Below are positions 52,314-58,872 of a DNA stretch of 64,000 bases, piece after piece. This stretch comes from Syntrophorhabdales bacterium. Its GTDB lineage: Bacteria; Desulfobacterota; Syntrophorhabdia; Syntrophorhabdales; WCHB1-27. Location of the stretch: NCBI GenBank assembly GCA_035541455.1, contig DATKNH010000013.1:4780-68779 (forward strand). The letters are read 5' to 3'. Positions within the stretch are counted from its first letter, which is position 1. Every line of letters begins with the position of its first letter. Below the pieces are notes generated by a model. That model ran no database searches, had not been told where the DNA came from, and saw only the letters and a list, made by a program, of their open reading frames with translations. The translations under genes and the position numbers were made by a program.

Positions 52314-52867
52314 AAGAGATACGGTTACACGGCAGGGGAGGGCAAGGGGTAGTGATGGGCGCTGAAATGCTGGCATACGCGTTTGTCCTCGAGGGCAAGT
52401 ACGCTTCTTCGTTCCCGACCTTCGGGGCAGAACGCAGAGGAGCGCCTGTGGCGGCTTTTCTTCGCTGCGATGAAAAACCGATAAGGGAGACTCACCAGAT
52501 TTATGATCCCGATTGTATTATGTGCCTGGATCCTTTTATAGGAAGATCGCAAGAGATCTTCAACGGATTGAAAGGGGACGGCATTGCAATTATTAATACC
52601 CCGAAGCTGAAGCTGGAGAAATGGCCTGACGCGCTCAAAATGCTGGGCCTGATTGATGCAACCGCCCTGGCTCTTGATGAGATAGGCAGGGCGATCGTCA
52701 ACACGTGCATGCTCGGCGTGATAGCAAAGGTTACGGGATGGGTAAAGCTGGAATCTGTGATAGCAAGCCTCGACATGAACTTCGAAGGAAAGTTGTTGCA
52801 GAAAAACATAGACCTGGTGAGACGCGGCTACGACAGTGTCGCAATTTCAGTAAGGAGCACCACATGA
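52310..52867 (+). CDS. OFOR gamma subunit; PadE-like (phenylglyoxylate:NAD+ oxidoreductase-type operon)
   Basis: [47 protein letters not shown]. 185 aa. Confidence 0.85.
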   Translation: [185 protein letters not shown]

Positions 52868-53130
52868 AATTCATCAGCAAATTTGAAGGACCCTGGTCGA
52901 CACCAAGTGAGCCGCTCGATGTCAAAACAGGGGAATGGAGGTCGCAGAGGCCGGTTACAAGGAGTGAGAAGTGCCGTCAGTGCGGCTGGTGCTTCATCTT
53001 CTGTCCGTGCGGCTGCAGGAAAGAAACAGGACATTTCTTTTCTGCTGATCTCGATTATTGTAAAGGCTGCGGAGTCTGTGCCAGAGTCTGCCCGGCCAGA
53101 GCAATTGCACTGGTGAGGGAGGAAGTCTGA
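52864..53130 (+). CDS. OFOR delta subunit (2x[4Fe-4S] ferredoxin); PadF-like
   Basis: 88 aa from MKFISKF (ATGA overlap with gamma). CRQCGWCFIFCP and CKGCGVCARVCP. Confidence 0.8.
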   Translation: MKFISKFEGPWSTPSEPLDVKTGEWRSQRPVTRSEKCRQCGWCFIFCPCGCRKETGHFFSADLDYCKGCGVCARVCPARAIALVREEV

Positions 53131-54335
53131 TGGCGACAATGGATCTGAGAGGCCAAACGAGAGTGCTGGACGGGAATCGCGCAGGCGCGTACGGCGTGCT
53201 CCTCTCGCGACCCGATGTGATTGCCTCCTACCCGATCACCCCGCAGACACCGCTGCTCGAAACGATTTACAAGTTCGAGGCCGAGGGATTACTCAACGCG
53301 GAGATGGTAGAGCCCGAAGGTGAGAATTCGGCGATGGGCGTCCTGCTTGGTGCATGCGCGGCTGGCGGACGCACGTTCACCGCCAGTTCTTCCCAGGGCT
53401 TGTCGTTCATGAATGATGCCTATCTTCTTGCTGCGGGAAACAGGTTCCCTATCGTAATGGCGATCGGTATGAGGGAGCAGGTAAGCCCGCACGGTGTAGT
53501 GGCAGGACAGCAGGATGCTGTGATGGTGAAGGATCACGGCTGGGTCCAGATCTACATGGAATCCTGCCAGGAGATACTTGACACTATAATGATGGCCTAT
53601 AGGCTGGCGGAAGATTCAGACGTGCTCCTTCCTGTTAACGTGTGCTACGAGGGATTTTTTCTCTCGCACCATTCACAGAGAGTTGAGATACCGACGCAAG
53701 AGCAAGCGGATCTCTTTCTAGCTCCGCTCAAGAACATGGAACGCCCCAAGTGGAGCCTCGATGATCCCATGGTTTTTTCAAGCTACACGGTTCCTGCGGA
53801 GCTTTTCACCGAATACCGGTATAAGGCGTGTGCAGCCCACCAGAGGGCAAAAGGAAAGTTCGATGAGATCGACAGGGAGTTCGGAAAGCAGTTCGGCCGC
53901 AGCTATGGCGGTCAGATAGAGGAGTACAGGACCGAGGACGCCGAGGTGGTCATTGTCACCATGGGTTGCTCCACGGGAACGGCAAAGGTTGTTGTCGACA
54001 AGAAACGCGAGGAGGGGCTGAAGGTTGGGCTGATCAAGATACGGATGTTCCGGCCCAGCCCTAAGGAGCGGTTGATCAAGGCCCTCAACGGGAAGAAAGC
54101 CATAGGAGTGGTCGACCGAAACGTATGCTACGCGTGGAACTGCGGCCATAACTTCATCGAGTTGAAAACCCTGTTGAGCGATCTGGAGACACCGGCCCCG
54201 AAGCTGGTTGACTTTATAGGGGGACTGGGCGGAGCAGACATTACCGCGCTTCATGTGGAACGCGTCATCGAAAGAACGTATGCTGCGGTCAGGGGTGAAG
54301 AGCAGCCAGTTGTTACGTGGCTGTCGTTAGAATAG
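53130..54335 (+). CDS. OFOR alpha subunit; PadG-like
   Basis: 401 aa. LDGNRAGAYGVLLSRPDVIASYPITPQTPLLE. 1-nt overlap with the delta-subunit stop (TGATG). Confidence 0.85.
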   Translation: MATMDLRGQTRVLDGNRAGAYGVLLSRPDVIASYPITPQTPLLETIYKFEAEGLLNAEMVEPEGENSAMGVLLGACAAGGRTFTASSSQGLSFMNDAYLLAAGNRFPIVMAIGMREQVSPHGVVAGQQDAVMVKDHGWVQIYMESCQEILDTIMMAYRLAEDSDVLLPVNVCYEGFFLSHHSQRVEIPTQEQADLFLAPLKNMERPKWSLDDPMVFSSYTVPAELFTEYRYKACAAHQRAKGKFDEIDREFGKQFGRSYGGQIEEYRTEDAEVVIVTMGCSTGTAKVVVDKKREEGLKVGLIKIRMFRPSPKERLIKALNGKKAIGVVDRNVCYAWNCGHNFIELKTLLSDLETPAPKLVDFIGGLGGADITALHVERVIERTYAAVRGEEQPVVTWLSLE

Positions 54336-54341
54336 AGTGAG

Positions 54342-54423
54342 GGGCTAGCGCTAGCGGCAAAGGGCTAATGGCTCATGGCTTCAAACCTTTTGTCCTTGGG
54401 CCCTTTGCCTTTAGCCGGTTTTT
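54342..54423 (+). terminator. Intra-operon hairpin followed by a T-run (attenuator/terminator-like), word-repeat style
   Basis: GGCAAAGGGC (54356-54365) is perfectly complementary to GCCCTTTGCC (54400-54409). An outer pair GGCTAG / TTAGCC is present. It is followed by GGTTTTT and then the GAGGAGAG RBS of the next gene. Confidence 0.55.
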
Positions 54424-54437
54424 AGAGGAGAGATGCT

Positions 54438-55715
54438 TTGGAAAAGAAAAAACATGTCATAGTAGGATGCGGCACTGCAGCCCTCTCGGCATTAAAGCGG
54501 ATGAGGCAGAACAACGCCGCAGACGATATTGAAGTGGTGTCGATGGAGCCTCACCTTCCATATTCTCCCACGTCTCTTCCCTACCTCATCTCAGGGAAGA
54601 TACAGGAATCTGAAATTTCCATGGTGACGGAGAGTTTCTTTGACCGGATGCGAGCAGTGTGGGCCAGGGGCAGGGGCAAACGGGTGGAGCGTCTCGATAC
54701 AGGCAAGAGCCAGGTCATTTACGAGTCTGGTGAGCGGGAGGCGTATGATTCCCTCCTGATCGCAACGGGCAGTGAGCCTGTTGTCCCGTCAATCCCGGGC
54801 CTGAAGCAGGAAGAGGCGTTGCAGTTGAGGACCCTGGATCACGCCAGGGCTCTGATAGACAAAATAAAGGGAACCAGGACCGCAATCATTCTCGGCGCCG
54901 GGTTGATCGGTATGCATGTGGCTCAATGCCTGGCTGAAAAGGGAATGAAGGTGAAGGTTGTGGAGATGCAGCCGCGCATTCTGCCCTCCTATTTCGACGC
55001 AGACGCCTCCCCAATGATCCAGCGGGTGCTGGAGCAGCATGGCATAACTTTTTTTGTCAACAAGCAAGTTGCTGAAGTGTACAGCAAGAAAGGCTTCGTC
55101 GGGGTAGCATTGAAAGGGGGAGATGCCCTGGAAGCGGACCTGCTGCTGGTTGCTACGGGCGTAAGGCCGCGGACCTCTCTCGTAAACGGAAGCGGTATAG
55201 AAGTGGACAACGGCATACTGGTCGACCGCCAGATGAGAACAAATGTCAGCAACGTGTTTGCAGCGGGCGACGTCGCAGCAGCCAAAAGCTTTTTTACAGG
55301 GAAGCATGGTCTGAATCCTATTTTGCCCAGCGCGGCCGAGCAGGGCAACGTTGCGGGCAGCAACATGGTGGGTGAGGTCAAGGAGTACGAAGGCTGGCTG
55401 CCGATGAATACCTTCAATTTCTTCGGTCATCGTGCTGTGTCCGTCGGAGAGACGACTCCTGTCGAAGGCGATGAGGTGCTCGCGGAAGCAAATGGAAAAA
55501 AGGAAACATACAGGAAGCTGATCTACAGGCAGGGTAAACTTGTGGGAGCGACCTTCCTCAGTACAGACGTGGATGCCGGTGTGTTTCAGTACCTGGTACG
55601 CAAGCGGGTGGAGATTAGCCAGTACAAAAATTCTCTTCTCGCGTTGCCGAGAGAAACGAGTCTGTGGCTCATGCGTGAAGCGGAACGAAAAGAAACCGTT
55701 TCAATAGAGGACTAG
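54438..55715 (+). CDS. FAD-dependent pyridine-nucleotide oxidoreductase (NADH oxidase / rubredoxin-reductase-like); PadH-like
   Basis: 425 aa with a TTG start after GAGGAGAG. HVIVGCGTAALSAL (FAD), TAIILGAGLIGMHVAQCL (NAD), FAAGDVA. Inserted between the OFOR alpha and beta genes. Confidence 0.75.
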   Translation: MEKKKHVIVGCGTAALSALKRMRQNNAADDIEVVSMEPHLPYSPTSLPYLISGKIQESEISMVTESFFDRMRAVWARGRGKRVERLDTGKSQVIYESGEREAYDSLLIATGSEPVVPSIPGLKQEEALQLRTLDHARALIDKIKGTRTAIILGAGLIGMHVAQCLAEKGMKVKVVEMQPRILPSYFDADASPMIQRVLEQHGITFFVNKQVAEVYSKKGFVGVALKGGDALEADLLLVATGVRPRTSLVNGSGIEVDNGILVDRQMRTNVSNVFAAGDVAAAKSFFTGKHGLNPILPSAAEQGNVAGSNMVGEVKEYEGWLPMNTFNFFGHRAVSVGETTPVEGDEVLAEANGKKETYRKLIYRQGKLVGATFLSTDVDAGVFQYLVRKRVEISQYKNSLLALPRETSLWLMREAERKETVSIED

Positions 55716-55728
55716 AAGAGGGCTGAAC

Positions 55729-57087
55729 ATGAAGAGTTTCTATGACACCTTGAGGATTGAAGAGAATATATGCCCGCCCGATTGCAAGGCGTGCCACACA
55801 CGGTGCACCGAGGTCAAGAAAGAGAAGGGCCAGCAAGGAACCGGCATCCTGGAAGTTCATTTGCCCGAATTGGGTGTCCATACTGCCAATACGTGTAACC
55901 AGTGCTCGGAACCGGCCTGTCTCGATGTCTGTCCCACAGGCGCGATCATAAAGAATCAAGACGATGGAATTGTCCGGATAACGCAAACCAAGTGTCTCGG
56001 GTGCGGCCTGTGCGATCTTGCGTGTCCTTATGGCGGGATCGATTTCGATGCAACCTCGAAACAGGCGTCAAAGTGCGATCTCTGCGAAGGGGAACCGCAG
56101 TGCGTGGAAGCGTGCCCGGTCAAAGCCATTTCTGTTATGAAAGCCCGCTCGGTTGTTAAACATTTTCATGAGGACCCTTTGCTGATGGGGTCATCCTTGT
56201 GTGTAGGTTGCCCGGCAGAAACCACGCTTCGTTTCGTGCTCAGGGTGCTCGGGAAAGATACCTATCTGTTCGGAGCCCCGGGGTGTGCGACCAACGTGAT
56301 TAACGGCATGGGAATACGGACCATGGTTCGTATTCCGAGCCACATGTCGAACATGACAACAGTACCCTCCACCATGACCGGTGTGAAGAGATACCACAGG
56401 AAAATGGGCAGAGATGTGAGGTGTGTTGCGTTCGTCGGAGACGGTTGCGCAACGGACGTGGGATTCCAGCCGCTCTCAGGTGCGGCCGAAAGGAACGAGA
56501 ACATCATCTTCATAACGTACGACAACGAAGGCTACATGAATACCGGTATTCAGAGAAGCAGCACCACGCCCTACGGTGGGTGGACAACGACCACTCCGGC
56601 TATGGGGAAGAGGAAAGGGAAGCGAATGAGTTCCAAGAATGTGCCGCTCATCATGGCGGCGCATGACATCCCTTACGTGGCCACTGCGGTCATTGCCTAC
56701 CCGGAGGACCTTCTCATGAAATTGCAGAAGGCCATGGCCGTCAAAGACGGCATGTCCTACATCCACATATTGAGCCCGTGCATTCTCGGCTGGGGGTACA
56801 GCATATCGCAGTCTCTGGATATACTCAGGGCAGCTGTCGAAACAAACTACTTCCCCTTGTGGGAGTACGAACGGGGAGAGTACCGGATGACTCATGTTGT
56901 TGAGAAGCCGAAACCTATAACCGAATATACCGCACTCTTGAAGAAATTCGCTCATCTGGATAAGGAGGAGCTGGATGAGCTGCAGAAGATTGTCAACAAG
57001 CGCTTTGACCGCATCAGGGCTCTTACGATGATGGAAGGGGCAAAAGACGGAAAAACTAGAGAGGTAAAAACAGCCGGTGGCTTATGA
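55729..57087 (+). CDS. Fusion: N-terminal multi-[4Fe-4S] ferredoxin domain plus OFOR beta (TPP) subunit; PadI-like
   Basis: 452 aa. The N-terminal 150 aa carry CNQCSEPACLDVCP, CLGCGLCDLACP and CDLCEGEPQCVEACP. These are followed by CVGCP...VAFVGDGCATDVGFQPLSGAAERNENIIFITYDNEGYMNTGIQRSSTTP. Confidence 0.8.
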   Translation: MKSFYDTLRIEENICPPDCKACHTRCTEVKKEKGQQGTGILEVHLPELGVHTANTCNQCSEPACLDVCPTGAIIKNQDDGIVRITQTKCLGCGLCDLACPYGGIDFDATSKQASKCDLCEGEPQCVEACPVKAISVMKARSVVKHFHEDPLLMGSSLCVGCPAETTLRFVLRVLGKDTYLFGAPGCATNVINGMGIRTMVRIPSHMSNMTTVPSTMTGVKRYHRKMGRDVRCVAFVGDGCATDVGFQPLSGAAERNENIIFITYDNEGYMNTGIQRSSTTPYGGWTTTTPAMGKRKGKRMSSKNVPLIMAAHDIPYVATAVIAYPEDLLMKLQKAMAVKDGMSYIHILSPCILGWGYSISQSLDILRAAVETNYFPLWEYERGEYRMTHVVEKPKPITEYTALLKKFAHLDKEELDELQKIVNKRFDRIRALTMMEGAKDGKTREVKTAGGL

Positions 57088-57165
57088 GCGATGGAACATG
57101 AAGGGGCTGAATTGAAAGCGTCGCTGAAAGCTCACGACTGAAACGCTCAAAATAGGGAGGTAGCA

Positions 57166-58158
57166 ATGAAAAAGATAGTAGCTCTTGTCTGGTTCGCAGT
57201 TGCAGTTCTGGTTTGTGGATCGGTACCCTTGTCGGCGGCTGAGCCCTATACTTTGAAGGCTATTTCTGCGTGGCCTCAATCAGCAGTCGAGTACAAAGCC
57301 TGGACGACGTGGATAGACCTGGTGGACCAGATGGTTGCGAAGAAGGCCCCCGGGGAACTGAAGATACGGTACCTGGGCGGGCCGGAGGCTGTGAAGACGC
57401 CCGACCAGGCGTCCGCCCTGCAGCGTGGTCAAGTCGACATACTCTACACCTCGGGTGCTTACTACACGAACGTGCTCCCTGAAATCGATGCTCTGAAACT
57501 GTCGGTCTACACTCCGGCCGAAGAGAGATCGAACGGAGCACAGGCGTTCCTTAACGATCTGCACCAGAAGAAGCTGGGGGTCTATTATCTGGGAAGACTG
57601 GGTCTCAACGTTAAGTTCTTTGTCTATTTGAAAAAACCGGTAAAGAGCGCGGATTTTACAGGTCTTAATATTCGGGTTTCGCCTCTCTATCTGCAGGCGA
57701 TCAAGGGTCTTGGCGGAAATCCTGTCGTCATGCCCCTTGGCGATACGTACCTTGCGCTGGAAAGAAATGTGGTGGATGGCGCCTGTTCGCCAGGGGTCGG
57801 ATTGCGTGAATGGGGCTGGCAGAAACAGTTGAAATATGTTGTGGAGCCGGGATTCTACACGGTGCCCAACCCGCTACTTATAAACCTGAATGCATGGAAT
57901 CACCTCCCGCAGAAGCTCAAGGACATCCTCAGGGATGCCACCATAGAAGGGGAGAAGAAAGTGGTTGCCGACTTTGAAGAGATGGCAAAGAAGGAGCGCC
58001 CGGCACTCGTGGCAGAGGGCATCCAGGTCATCGATTTGCCCCCTGCGGAAAAAGAGAAGTTCCTGAGAATAGCCTATGATGAAGGCTGGAAAGATATAAT
58101 CCAGAAGAATCCGCAGACAGGACCGGAGTTGAAAAAGCTGCTTTCAAAGAGCAAGTAG
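57166..58158 (+). CDS. dctP: TRAP substrate-binding protein, DctP family (paralog group member 3)
   Basis: 330 aa with a signal peptide. Collinear with 42205-43209 and 43290-44294. GGGAGG RBS. Confidence 0.85.
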   Translation: MKKIVALVWFAVAVLVCGSVPLSAAEPYTLKAISAWPQSAVEYKAWTTWIDLVDQMVAKKAPGELKIRYLGGPEAVKTPDQASALQRGQVDILYTSGAYYTNVLPEIDALKLSVYTPAEERSNGAQAFLNDLHQKKLGVYYLGRLGLNVKFFVYLKKPVKSADFTGLNIRVSPLYLQAIKGLGGNPVVMPLGDTYLALERNVVDGACSPGVGLREWGWQKQLKYVVEPGFYTVPNPLLINLNAWNHLPQKLKDILRDATIEGEKKVVADFEEMAKKERPALVAEGIQVIDLPPAEKEKFLRIAYDEGWKDIIQKNPQTGPELKKLLSKSK

Positions 58159-58166
58159 TCATACCA

Positions 58167-58185
58167 GGGGGGTGAATAGCCCCCC
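58167..58185 (+). terminator. GC hairpin after dctP
   Basis: GGGGGG (58167-58172) / CCCCCC (58180-58185) with a 7-nt loop. A T-rich tract follows only after about 15 nt. Confidence 0.45.
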
Positions 58186-58247
58186 TCTCTCAATCCCTTT
58201 ATTTTCAAGGCTGTCCCGCTTTTCGACATGGACCTATCCCTGCTTCC

Positions 58248-58790
58248 TTAGTGGGATTGTGCCCGTAATTGTGCCTGTTCAACTTCTGCCTTCATCTGTT
58301 CATGAGCGGTTGAGAGGCGTTCACAGGCCGCTCTTAAATCTTCTTCGTTGACGATGTTGTAACGATCAAATACCGATCTTGTCTTGTGGCCGCTGATCTT
58401 CATGGCTACCCGTTCGGGTGTGCCGGTGCTTACCATGTTCCTTACTGCCGTTCTTCTGCAATCGTGAAACAGTTTTCCGGCCATCCCGGCTCTTCCACAT
58501 CACGGGTCTTCGCGTGGAACTAACCGGCATGGCGAACCCGGTCCCGATTCCGGCCACTCTACCGCCCTTGGGTTCCGGCCTCTTAGGGTTTATGGTGGTG
58601 AGGAGAAGGTTCAAGAAGTAGCAGTCTAACTGTGAAGAACACCGGAGTGAGAAGACCTGCTTTCCAGGCTCCGTTAGGACGATTTCACCTACGAAGTTGT
58701 GAATTGACGGCTTTCGTTTCTGGCCGGCATTACCATCGGGAAGCGCGCAAAACGTGTATGGTGAGAAAGAAACGCACCACAGACTCATTG
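58248..58790 (-). pseudogene. Decayed tyrosine recombinase (phage-type integrase) remnant
   Basis: The intact-looking C-terminal 78 aa read [16 protein letters not shown]...[18 protein letters not shown] (H-x-x-R, H and Y catalytic positions). The upstream integrase-like sequence (..[14 protein letters not shown]..) is in another frame and separated by a TGA. The extent beyond 58484 is uncertain. Confidence 0.6.
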
Positions 58791-58872
58791 GCCGGATCGC
58801 CGCAGGCTCCGCGGTGCAGTCTGAGAATGTCTTTCTCCGGACGCGTCAGCCGCGTTCGACGAGAACTCTGAT

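Noticed and set aside
58366-58788. A 140-aa ORF treated as an independent gene.
   Set aside because: It overlaps the integrase C-terminal fragment out of frame. Its C-terminal half reads like the preceding part of an integrase, so it is better explained as a frameshifted remnant.
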